Shown here piece by piece: positions 29,493 to 38,498 of a DNA stretch of 64,000 bases; positions within the stretch are counted from its first letter, which is position 1, and each line of letters opens with the position of its first letter. Source of the DNA: Nannocystales bacterium (GTDB lineage: Bacteria > Myxococcota_A > Polyangia > Nannocystales > Nannocystaceae); NCBI GenBank assembly GCA_050633305.1, contig JBOEGF010000017.1, forward strand, positions 46,433 to 110,432, in the 5' to 3' direction. A program made the translations under genes and the position numbers. Below the pieces are notes generated by a model. That model did not search any database. It was not told the origin of the DNA and saw only the letters and a list, made by a program, of their open reading frames with translations.

Positions 29493-30509
29493 ATGGACCT
29501 CAACCTGATCTGGTTTGTGCTGCTCGGCGTGCTCTTGATGGGCTACGCGATCCTCGACGGCTTCGACCTGGGCGTGGGCATCCTGCACCTCTTCGTCCGC
29601 GGAGACCGGGAGCGCCGACTCGTGCTCAACAGCATCGGGCCCTTGTGGGATGGCAACGAGGTTTGGCTGGTCACCTTTGGAGGGGCACTGTTCGCCGCGT
29701 TCCCCGAGGCCTACGCCACCATCTTGTCGGGGTTCTACTTCCCGGTGATGATCGTCCTGCTCGGCCTCATCGGCCGTGCGGTCTCGCTCGAGTTTCGCAG
29801 CAAGGTGAAGACCCCGCGCTGGCGAAGCTACTGGGACGTGTCGTTCTTCCTCTCCAGCTTCACCGTGACGTTTGTGTTTGGGGTCGCCCTGGGCAACATC
29901 ATCGCGGGCGTTCCGCTGTCCCCCCAAGGCGAGTACGCGGGCAGCCTCGCAACCCTCCTGGGACCCTTTGCGCTCGCAGTGGGAGCCCTTGCGGTGGCCG
30001 GCGCGGCGATGCACGGCTGCATCTACCTCTACCTCAAGACCGAGGGTGACCTACAAGCTCGCGTACAAACCTGGATCCCGCGCACATTCGGGGTCTTCGC
30101 CGTGCTGTACGTCGTCGTCTCGACGATGGCACTGCTCACGCAGCCACACACCATCTCCAACTTCACCGAACTCCCGGTCGCGTGGGTCATCGTGGCCCTC
30201 AACGTGCTCGCCGTGGCCAACATCCCCCGCGCCATCAAGTTGGGCCGGCCCGGGTACGCGTTCTTCAGCAGTTGCTGCGTCATCGCGGCGTTGACCTTCC
30301 TCGCGATGATGGCGATCTTCCCGAACCTCGTCCTGTCCACCTCGGGGACCGCGAACCTGTCCATCTACAGCGCGGCCTCGAGCCAAGGCACGCTGGAACG
30401 GATGGGAATTATCGCGTTGATCGGACTGCCCCTCATCGCGACCTACACCGGCATCGTGTACTGGGTGTTTCGCGGCAAGGTGCAACTGGGCGGAGAGAAC
30501 GCGTACTGA
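29493..30509 (+). CDS. cydB: Cytochrome bd ubiquinol oxidase subunit II
   Basis: LDGFDLGVG, GPLWDGNEVWL, FAAFP, YWVFRGKV. Confidence 0.95.
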   Translation: MDLNLIWFVLLGVLLMGYAILDGFDLGVGILHLFVRGDRERRLVLNSIGPLWDGNEVWLVTFGGALFAAFPEAYATILSGFYFPVMIVLLGLIGRAVSLEFRSKVKTPRWRSYWDVSFFLSSFTVTFVFGVALGNIIAGVPLSPQGEYAGSLATLLGPFALAVGALAVAGAAMHGCIYLYLKTEGDLQARVQTWIPRTFGVFAVLYVVVSTMALLTQPHTISNFTELPVAWVIVALNVLAVANIPRAIKLGRPGYAFFSSCCVIAALTFLAMMAIFPNLVLSTSGTANLSIYSAASSQGTLERMGIIALIGLPLIATYTGIVYWVFRGKVQLGGENAY

Positions 30510-30599
30510 ACCTTCAGCGTACCGACCATGTCGGTTCGGAGCTCCGCCCGGAGGTGGGGTCCGAGACGACGGGCGTCGCACTCTTGCCCGCGCAGCTCG

Positions 30600-31499
30600 T
30601 CACCGCCCGCTTGGACTTGGCGCAAGGACACGCTCGAGCGTCATGTGGAGATGACTCTTGAGCGCCCGCAGGACGCTGTCGCACTCCGAGTTGGTGAGCG
30701 AGAGCTGTCCGATCAGATGTCGGCGTGTCGCCGCGAGCAGGAGACGACGCGCCCGGACCAGGTGCCGCGAGATCGATACGCGGTGCAGACTGCGCTGCCG
30801 ACCAAGCTGCTGCGTCGTCAGTCCGTCGACGTAGTGCTGCAGCAGCAGGCTCTTGTCGTCGGCTCCCAGTTCGGCGAATGCGGCCTCCATCGCACGCTGC
30901 ACGTCGCCGGCGAAGCGCTGGCGTTCGTACCCGACCTCGGGACGCCCGCCCAATGCGTCGGGTACGCACATGGCCTCGAGCACGCTTTGCTCCACCGACG
31001 GCTGTTTGGCCTGCCGACGACGGGCCTTCACGGCGCTTCGCACCGCGCAGATTCGCAGCCAGTGGAACAACTCGGCCCGTCCGCCGTACCGCGCAAGCCC
31101 GCCCCCGGGTATCGACGGCAACAGCAAGCTCTCCCGCAACGCGGAGACCACTTCGTCGGCACCCGCCGACTCGATGCGCTCGACCACGGGGCCCAGTCGG
31201 CGGAAGTAGACCCGTTCGAGCTGCGAGAGGGCGCCAGCGTCACCTTGCACACACGCGAAGGCGAGATATAGGTCAGCGATGCGGAGTTCAGCGAGGGCGT
31301 CCGGAGACGGCCCCGACTCGACCCGTTCGGCGACGTAGGCGATGAAGCTCGATGGGGACAGGTCGATGGACGGCCACGTTGCGCGCGCGGTCGACACCCA
31401 GCCTTCAAGCAGTGAGGGAAGCCCGTGCCAGCCCGCGAATCTGGGATCACCCGATCCCGGAAGCGCTGCGAGAAAGGCGTCGACAAGCTCGGAAGCCAT
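30600..31499 (-). CDS. Myxobacterial ECF-like sigma-70 factor with N-terminal extension (kinase-associated type)
   Basis: ARATWPSI, DLYLAFAC, YGGRAELFHWLR, region-4-like LLLQHYVDGLTTQQLG..HRVSISR, SHLHMTL tail. Confidence 0.75.
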   Translation of the reverse strand: MASELVDAFLAALPGSGDPRFAGWHGLPSLLEGWVSTARATWPSIDLSPSSFIAYVAERVESGPSPDALAELRIADLYLAFACVQGDAGALSQLERVYFRRLGPVVERIESAGADEVVSALRESLLLPSIPGGGLARYGGRAELFHWLRICAVRSAVKARRRQAKQPSVEQSVLEAMCVPDALGGRPEVGYERQRFAGDVQRAMEAAFAELGADDKSLLLQHYVDGLTTQQLGRQRSLHRVSISRHLVRARRLLLAATRRHLIGQLSLTNSECDSVLRALKSHLHMTLERVLAPSPSGR

Positions 31500-34326
31500 G
31501 CCGGGTACGACGACGGAAGCCGACGAATTCTTCGATGCGGGTCGCAGGTGTTTGCACCCGGACGAAGTCGCGGCCTTCGTCGCTTCCCCCGAGGATGCCG
31601 CCGCCACCGCCGCGGTCCACGAACACATCGCGACGTGCCCGGTCTGCCGGGCCTGGGTCTCCGAGCTTGCACGTGCGTCCTGGCTCGAAGCACACCCACG
31701 ACCCGTCGACCGTCCTTCCGCGCCACCGGACGACACGCGCTACCTGCCGCTTGTGAAGCTCGGCGAGGGCTCGATGGGAACGGTCTGGGCGGCTTACGAC
31801 GCGATGCTGGACCGTGAGGTCGCACTCAAGGTGCTCGACACCACCCGTCCCTCCAGCACGAGCGCGGTGGCACGGCTTCGTACAGAGGCCCGAGCGTTGG
31901 CCGCCCTGTCCCACCCCAACGTGGTCGAGATCCTCGACGTGGAGTTCGAGGGGCCCACTCCAAGGATCGCGATGCCGGTCGTCGAGGGACCCACGCTGGA
32001 CCAATGGCTGGCACTCACCCCCCGCACCTGCGCGGAGATCGTCGCCGTGTTCGAACAAGCGGGTCGCGGACTTGAAGCGGCGCACGCAGCAGGGCTGGTG
32101 CACTGCGACTTCAAACCGCGCAACGCGATCGTGGGTGCCGACGGGCGCGTGAGGGTGCTGGACTTCGGGCTCGCCGTCGACTCCAGTTCCGGCCGCCCTC
32201 GGTGGGCTGGCACGCCAGCGTACATGTCTCCCGAGCAACGCAACGGCGACTCTGCGACCCCAGCCAGCGACCAGTTTTCATGGTGTGTCGCCCTGTACGA
32301 AGCCTTGTACGGAGACCGCCCAGGGGTCCGTCCTCGCCGCCCCAGCGCCGGATCGGCCCATGTCGTGCCACGCCGGATTCGGCGCATCCTCGACCGCGGA
32401 CTACGGACACATCCTGGGGAACGCTGGCCGTCGATGACCACGCTGCTGTCGGCGGTTCGGCGCCCGCCTGCACGGCGACGCCCAGTGGTGGCCGCGGTCG
32501 CGTTGGGCGCTGCCTTGGCGCTGGCCGGCTTTGCGACGCAGCGCGAAGACTCGTGCCAAGCCACGAACGCATCCACGTGGGACGCGACGAGCCGCGCTCG
32601 CATCCAACGTGCGCTCCGCGAAGGCGCCCCCACGGGCGAACCTGCGCTTGCGGTCCGAGTCGACCGAGTCCTGGCGCAACGCGTCGAGCAGCTGGCAAAT
32701 GCGACCGAGCAGCTGTGCAAGACGGGAGCACGGATGGGGGCCAACACGCGTTCACAGCGACGCCAGTGCCTCGACCGCAGCGCCCATCACCTCCAACTGG
32801 CGGTGACGGCGCTGAGCGACGGCGTCGCCCCCCTCGATGCTGCGACCCTCGTGGAACGGCTGCCCTCGGCAGCTTCATGTTTTGAGGTCACCGGCACCCC
32901 CTCCCCCATGAGCCAGCAGGAGGTCGCCCTGGACCATGCCATCGTGGACGTGAGGGTCCGCAGCGATGCGGGAGACCATGCCGGGGCCCTTGCCCACGCA
33001 GCCGCCCTCCAACAACGCATCGAGGACACCGGGCACGACGCGCTTCGGAGCCGTCACGCCTATGCGTTCGCGACGGCCCACCACTATGCGGGCTCTGATG
33101 GCACCGCCTGGTTCGAAACCGCGGCCCGGCTGGGTGTCCGTGGAGGTGACGTCAAGGTCGCGGTCCTTGCCGCTCTACAGCTCGCAGGCGGCTATTCCCC
33201 CGCGCTTGCCGTGGACTTCGAAGACTCGAACAAATGGTTGCGCAGGGCCGAAGCCCTCATCGGCCAGAACACGCTGCACGATTTCCGGCACGAGCTCGCC
33301 CGCGCCCGGGGAAACGCCGCCGATACCCAGGGGCGGTACGACGACGCCATCGAATCACTGAAGGTATCGGTGGTGCTCGCCCGGGAAGCGAACGCAGGCG
33401 AACTCGTCGTCGCCCGCAACCTTCAAGACCTCGCGACCGCGCAACGCCACGCGGGGCAACTCGACGCCGCCGAGGAGACTCAGACGCTGGCACTCCGGAT
33501 GTACGAGGACGCCGTGGGGCCGCAACACCCATTCTCCGCCAGCGCCTTGGGGGAACTCGCGCAAGTCTGGCAAGATGGCGGACGGTTCGGTGAAGCTGCC
33601 GAAGCGTACGCCCGCAGTCTCGCGCTCCAAGAGGCCGCCGTTGGTCCCGATCACATCAGCGTCGCTGTGGTCGCGACGAATCTCGCGAGCGCCCACCTGC
33701 AGCTCGGAGACCCCACCGAAGCGGTGCGACTCCTCCGCCGAGTGGACTCCATCGAGCGTGAGCAACTCGCCCCAGGCCGCGCGACAGCGTCGACCCAGCA
33801 CGCTCTGGGCAACGCGTACGTCCTGCAAGGAAACCTTTCCGCGGCGAGCGAGGCGTTCACGACGGGCCTCGAGCACACGGAATCGGAGCTTGGCCGGGCC
33901 CATCCCGAGAGCGCGATCTTCTTGAGTTCGTTGGCAAGCGTCGCGCTCGATCAGGGCAACACTGCCGACGCCGTAACGTTCGCCACCGAGTCACGGGCGC
34001 TGAGGCAACGCTCCTTCGGTGCCGACGACCCGCGTTTGGCGTTTGAAGACCTTGTCCTCGCCGGCGCCCTGCTCGAGCAGGGTCAACCCGAACTCGCCCT
34101 GGAGCACGCAGAGCGGGGGGCAGCCCTTCTCGAGCACGACCCGATCCGTCCGCTGTGGCTCGCAGAGTTGGTGTACTTCCGGGCCCGAGCACTCGCGGAC
34201 TTGAAGCGTCGGGATCTCGCGCGTCAAGCAGCCGCCGAGTCGGCGGGGTTGTTTGACGCCCAAGGAGACGAGGCCAACGCGGCCGAGATCCGCAGCTGGG
34301 TCCAGGCGCTCGCCGGGCCCAGCTAG
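31498..34326 (+). CDS. Ser/Thr kinase with N-terminal zinc-finger (zf-HC2-like), TM and TPR repeats
   Basis: HIATCPVC; GEGSMGTV, VALK, HCDFKPRN, DFG, GTPAYMSPE; GPQHP/GPDH/GRAHP TPR repeats. Confidence 0.88.
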   Translation: MPGTTTEADEFFDAGRRCLHPDEVAAFVASPEDAAATAAVHEHIATCPVCRAWVSELARASWLEAHPRPVDRPSAPPDDTRYLPLVKLGEGSMGTVWAAYDAMLDREVALKVLDTTRPSSTSAVARLRTEARALAALSHPNVVEILDVEFEGPTPRIAMPVVEGPTLDQWLALTPRTCAEIVAVFEQAGRGLEAAHAAGLVHCDFKPRNAIVGADGRVRVLDFGLAVDSSSGRPRWAGTPAYMSPEQRNGDSATPASDQFSWCVALYEALYGDRPGVRPRRPSAGSAHVVPRRIRRILDRGLRTHPGERWPSMTTLLSAVRRPPARRRPVVAAVALGAALALAGFATQREDSCQATNASTWDATSRARIQRALREGAPTGEPALAVRVDRVLAQRVEQLANATEQLCKTGARMGANTRSQRRQCLDRSAHHLQLAVTALSDGVAPLDAATLVERLPSAASCFEVTGTPSPMSQQEVALDHAIVDVRVRSDAGDHAGALAHAAALQQRIEDTGHDALRSRHAYAFATAHHYAGSDGTAWFETAARLGVRGGDVKVAVLAALQLAGGYSPALAVDFEDSNKWLRRAEALIGQNTLHDFRHELARARGNAADTQGRYDDAIESLKVSVVLAREANAGELVVARNLQDLATAQRHAGQLDAAEETQTLALRMYEDAVGPQHPFSASALGELAQVWQDGGRFGEAAEAYARSLALQEAAVGPDHISVAVVATNLASAHLQLGDPTEAVRLLRRVDSIEREQLAPGRATASTQHALGNAYVLQGNLSAASEAFTTGLEHTESELGRAHPESAIFLSSLASVALDQGNTADAVTFATESRALRQRSFGADDPRLAFEDLVLAGALLEQGQPELALEHAERGAALLEHDPIRPLWLAELVYFRARALADLKRRDLARQAAAESAGLFDAQGDEANAAEIRSWVQALAGPS

Positions 34327-34346
34327 CACCATCGACGGGAGCGCCG

Positions 34347-35693
34347 CTACGGGCGTGTCACGTAGCGGACTTCTCGAGTCTGTGTGTCGCTGTACACGAT
34401 GTGGAGCGCGTCGTCGCTCGCGATGGCGAGCGAAACTCGGTCGGAAGCACTCATGGCTACGCTCGGGTCGAGAACGGTCTGCTCAGACCAGCCCTCGCCC
34501 AGAGGCCGAGACGCGTGCTGGAGAACACTCCCCGATGCCCGGTAGACGACATGCAGGGTGCCGTCTCCCGCCGTCGCAACCGCAGGCGAAGCACCGTAGA
34601 CCCCCGGTCCGAAGACCGGCGAGACCTCCCAGGGCCCCTCGGTACCGTCCCGCCGCTGTGCGGACATCAACGTCTGTTCTCCATCGACAAAGCCCCGGTA
34701 CACCGCAAGAGGAGCACCGTTCGCGCTCACCGTGAGGCTGCCGCCGTCGCGTGTCGCTCCGACGACGACCTCATCGCTCCAGGTACCCGTCGGATCCCGG
34801 TGAGCGTAGCGAAGCACAGACCCACCGCGAAAGTCATAGGCGGCGGGTCGGGTGCCATACGACACATGTACGCCGCCTCGCTGATCGACGACGACCGCCG
34901 GCGACTCTGGCGCGGCCACCGTGCTCCCGAGATCGGAGATCGGCTGCACCTGCATGTCCCCGATCTCCCCCGTCCTCGCGGTGAGCCGGTTGGCGTTCGA
35001 GCCCGACCCATGGACGATATGCGTGTCGCTCGGACCCACTGCGATACCAACACTGTGCGCGACGGACACGGGGTCGTCGCGGTCGACCACGACGGCATCA
35101 TCGACCAACAGAGATCTCAACCGATAGCTGCTATCGACGTACGCAACGTGGACCTGCGTGTCCGCAGCGACCGCGAGGCCCCCGCGCACGTACTGCTCAT
35201 CGAGCACATGCGGCTGCCAGCCGTCGCCCTCGGCTGCGTAGGTCGGCTGCGTCCCCTGACCGACATAGACCACGTGCACACGGTCGGCGTGATCGACGGC
35301 GACACGTGCCCACGCCCGCAGCTCGAATGCGGTCGAACCGCGCGCACCGATGACCTCCGGCTCCGAGAACACGGCAGGGACACCAGCGTCCGCGATGCAG
35401 CCTTCGTCCGCGAGGCCCGACCACGTCGACCCCTGAGGACAGGTATCCCCATCCGCCCCGCAGTCTGGGTCGGGCAGGTCGCACCATCCATATGGGTCGT
35501 CGCAGAAGTCATCGTCGTACCAATCCCACGCAGCACAGATGTCGACGCCATCCGCCTTGCCGCCATGGCCCTCCGCCTGCTCCGCCTTGTCGGCGCCAAC
35601 ATCGGCATCTGGGGAGTCCTCGGTACATCCCGGACCGAGGAGAAGAAGGCTGGCAAGAAGCGCAGGGCGGCTATGAAAAGGTATTCGATTCAT
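34347..35693 (-). CDS. Secreted lipoprotein with Cys-rich N-terminal module and probable beta-propeller
   Basis: Lipobox GPGC, GKADG, C..WYDDDFCD..C..PDPDC; repeated VHVVY/VHVAY/LHIVY blades. Confidence 0.65.
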   Translation of the reverse strand: MNRIPFHSRPALLASLLLLGPGCTEDSPDADVGADKAEQAEGHGGKADGVDICAAWDWYDDDFCDDPYGWCDLPDPDCGADGDTCPQGSTWSGLADEGCIADAGVPAVFSEPEVIGARGSTAFELRAWARVAVDHADRVHVVYVGQGTQPTYAAEGDGWQPHVLDEQYVRGGLAVAADTQVHVAYVDSSYRLRSLLVDDAVVVDRDDPVSVAHSVGIAVGPSDTHIVHGSGSNANRLTARTGEIGDMQVQPISDLGSTVAAPESPAVVVDQRGGVHVSYGTRPAAYDFRGGSVLRYAHRDPTGTWSDEVVVGATRDGGSLTVSANGAPLAVYRGFVDGEQTLMSAQRRDGTEGPWEVSPVFGPGVYGASPAVATAGDGTLHVVYRASGSVLQHASRPLGEGWSEQTVLDPSVAMSASDRVSLAIASDDALHIVYSDTQTREVRYVTRP

Positions 35694-35792
35694 GGAAGGG
35701 TTCCATGGGTATGGGCCTCCACGGGCGTCCCTGTAGCGCCTAAACCCCGCGGTTTGTGGCGAGTTTCTCGTGCGATGAGTCGTCGGACGCCT

Positions 35793-37007
35793 CTACGCCT
35801 CCGCGACCGAGATTGTGTAGCTCCCGGTGGAGTTTCCGATGTTGCGGACGAGCACGAACGTCATGCCCCCCGCGGTGTCGAGCGCGGCGCCTTCGGCCGC
35901 CCCCTCTGCGCCATTGTCCACCACTCCGATGGGCTGGCCGAGCCCATCGTGAACCTCGAGCTGAACGTCGTCATCCACATCCGGAACGACCTGGATGACA
36001 AACGTACCGGCGGGCAACGGCAGCTGAAAGAGATCGACGTCGGTCAGCGTGCCGAGCAGACGCGTCGCGGAGTCGCCAGCGTTGAGGATGTCGTCGTCGG
36101 AATCGAACCCGGTGTCGATCTCGCCCACACACACGGACTCCGTTTCGCTGACCGCAACACAGAAGCCCGACGCTCCGACGTTGGGGCAATCGTTGGCGAT
36201 CGCCTGGTTGCAGAACTCGGTGCAGTGGTTGTAGTCCAGACCGACACACAGACCCGACGCGCACGGTTCCGGCTCTTCACACGTCTCCCCGTACGAAAGG
36301 GCACCCAGGCAGCTGATCCCGTCGCCCTCGAAGCCATCGTCGCAGGCGCACGCAAAGTCCCCGATGGTGTTGGTGCAGCTCGCGTTGGGATCGCACGGTC
36401 CTCCCCCCAGAGCGCACTCGTCGATGTCCGCACAGGAGCCTCCATCGCCCTCGAAGCCGGGGTCGCACGCGCACGTCGGGCCCCTCACACCATCGGTGCA
36501 GCTCGCGTTGGCGTCGCAGGGGTCGTCCGCGCAGCTGGCCGCGACATCGCAGGACTGACCGTCTCCGACGAACCCGTCGTCGCACTCACACGCAAACGAG
36601 CCCTCGGTGTTGGTGCAGGTCGCGTTGTCGTCACAGTTCGCGCTCCCCACCGCGCATTCATCGATGTCTGCGCAGACGGTGCCGTCGCCATCGTAGCCTT
36701 GGGGACAAACACATAGGTTCGCCTCGCAGCTGGCGATCGGGTCACACGACGCACATGGGCTCTCGCCCTCCGTGTCCGTCGCGTCCGTCGAGGCAGCACC
36801 CGTCGTGGTGTCGTCGTCGGTCGGACCGACCTCCGTCGTGCCATCACTGAGGCCTCCATCGTCGTCGTTGACGTTCGAGTCGCCGTCGTCCGTACCCGCC
36901 GCCGCGGTCGTACTGGCATCGTTGCCGAGCGCCGATCCGGAGTCACAGCCCGTCGCGAAGGCGAGGCCCAGCGCGGCAAGAAATAGGTCACGTTGTTGTT
37001 GGATCAT
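35793..37007 (-). CDS. Lipoprotein with calcium-binding EGF-like repeats and C-terminal PPC-like domain
   Basis: Lipobox ATGC; CADIDEC....C..NA.CTNT.G.F.C.CDDGF.GDG repeats; GSYTISV end. Confidence 0.82.
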   Translation of the reverse strand: MIQQQRDLFLAALGLAFATGCDSGSALGNDASTTAAAGTDDGDSNVNDDDGGLSDGTTEVGPTDDDTTTGAASTDATDTEGESPCASCDPIASCEANLCVCPQGYDGDGTVCADIDECAVGSANCDDNATCTNTEGSFACECDDGFVGDGQSCDVAASCADDPCDANASCTDGVRGPTCACDPGFEGDGGSCADIDECALGGGPCDPNASCTNTIGDFACACDDGFEGDGISCLGALSYGETCEEPEPCASGLCVGLDYNHCTEFCNQAIANDCPNVGASGFCVAVSETESVCVGEIDTGFDSDDDILNAGDSATRLLGTLTDVDLFQLPLPAGTFVIQVVPDVDDDVQLEVHDGLGQPIGVVDNGAEGAAEGAALDTAGGMTFVLVRNIGNSTGSYTISVAEA

Positions 37008-37029
37008 GGTTCGGCGCTCGTGGCAGAGA

Positions 37030-37056
37030 GCTCGCGATCGTCCGTCGATCGCGAGC
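37030..37056. promoter_or_regulatory. Perfect 11-bp inverted repeat in leader of EGF-repeat gene
   Basis: GCTCGCGATCG-TCCGT-CGATCGCGAGC. Confidence 0.4.
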
Positions 37057-37250
37057 CGCACCCCCAAGAGCCGTCGACCCAGGTGCTGTAGCGATTTTTT
37101 TTCTTGGACCCAGCGAGCACCGAGGGTTCGGGTACCGCGCGGAACGCAACACCGAACCTCCCCCTCGTCCGCCAGCGTTCAACGGCCGCGCAGACCGGCG
37201 CTCAACCCTGCCAAACAGAGCGCATCACGAGCCCCCCGCCAAGGTCGCCC

Positions 37251-37763
37251 TCACCGCGCCTGCGCCTCGAGCACACGCGCGGGGATGTAGCTCAACACCA
37301 CCGCGGTCCCGTCCATGGGATCGACCGAGAGATGGGCGAGGTCGCCGGTGGACACCGCAAACGCCATGCGCTCATCCCCTCGCACGAGGTGGGCGAGCAT
37401 CCCGGTAATGCAGGGGTTGTGTCCGATGGCAAGCATACGGACGTCTGCACCCGCAACGACGGTGGCACGCTCGATCAAGGTCGCGACCGCGCCCCCGGGC
37501 GGCGCTCCGGGAACGAGCCCGGGTTCGGTCTCCATTCCCACCGGAGACTCGGCCGCCTCGAGGACCCCCTCGAGCGTCTGACGGGCGCGCACGAACGGGC
37601 TGCTCACGGCGATCGTTGGGTCCCATCCCAGCGTCTGGATGAGGTTGCCGGCCCGCTGCGCCATCGCGTGGCCCCGTCGCGTGAGCGCCCGGTGTGCATC
37701 GCCACCCTCGGAGAAATCCTTCGCCTCACCGTGGCGCATCAACATCAACTCGAACCGACCCAC
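37251..37763 (-). CDS. SixA-like phosphohistidine phosphatase
   Basis: LMRHGEA, RALTRRG, SSPFVRARQT, IGHNP; start at GTG 37763 or ATG 37745. Confidence 0.85.
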   Translation of the reverse strand: MGRFELMLMRHGEAKDFSEGGDAHRALTRRGHAMAQRAGNLIQTLGWDPTIAVSSPFVRARQTLEGVLEAAESPVGMETEPGLVPGAPPGGAVATLIERATVVAGADVRMLAIGHNPCITGMLAHLVRGDERMAFAVSTGDLAHLSVDPMDGTAVVLSYIPARVLEAQAR

Positions 37764-37878
37764 AACCGACGAGAATAGCAGCCGGCCCATCGTCCCACCC
37801 GCATCTGCCCGTCGCGCCCGCCCCCCACCTCCCCGTAGAGACAGTGAGCCTTCTCCGCATTTTTACCTGAGCACCGTG

Positions 37879-37906
37879 GGAACGCGAGCGCAGGTGCGGG
37901 ATGTAA
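37879..37906 (+). promoter_or_regulatory. Possible autoregulatory ECF promoter
   Basis: GGAAC-N17-ATGTAA directly upstream of the ECF sigma start; GGAAC is a common ECF -35. Confidence 0.3.
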
Positions 37907-37910
37907 GGAG

Positions 37911-38498
37911 GTGGTGCGAGCCCATGCGCAGACGAACTCCGGCCGGTCCGAGTTCGACCCAGACGAGCTGCGCGCCGCGCAGCGAGGGGAACACGGTGCC
38001 TTGCGACGGCTGGTCGAGCACCACACCCGGCCCGTCTTCGCGCTGCTCTCGCGGTTGCTCGGGCCGGCCGGCCATGGCGAATCCGTGGAGGACCTTGCGC
38101 AGGAGACCATGCTTCGCGTCACCACCGCGGTCGGACGCTTCGACCCGTCGGGGCCGGCGAGGCTGTCGACGTGGGTGCTCACGATCGCCACTCGACTTGG
38201 ATTGCAGCACCTCAAGCGCCGCCGCCCCGCGATCGTCGCCCCGGCCACTCCCATCCCGAGCCCACTCCCATCCCCCGAGGCACACTTGTGCGCAGACCAA
38301 CTCCGTCTCCATGTTCAAACGGTCGTGGCGGAGCTGTCTCCCGAGGTTCGCGCGGCCTTCGTGCTCGCTGACGCGCACGGAATGACGCCCGCCGAAGTCG
38401 CCGCGGCGTTGGAGATTCCTCCCGGCACGGCTCGCACCCGGATTCACCGAGCCCGCCAGCGGATCCGGGCCGCACTCGACCGAGGAGACGGAGCATGA
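37911..38498 (+). CDS. ECF RNA polymerase sigma factor
   Basis: EDLAQETMLR, STWVLTIA, EVAAALEIPPGTARTRIHRAR. Confidence 0.9.
   Translation: MVRAHAQTNSGRSEFDPDELRAAQRGEHGALRRLVEHHTRPVFALLSRLLGPAGHGESVEDLAQETMLRVTTAVGRFDPSGPARLSTWVLTIATRLGLQHLKRRRPAIVAPATPIPSPLPSPEAHLCADQLRLHVQTVVAELSPEVRAAFVLADAHGMTPAEVAAALEIPPGTARTRIHRARQRIRAALDRGDGA

Noticed and set aside
30510..30599. cydX small subunit
   Set aside because: No short hydrophobic MWYF-like ORF after cydB
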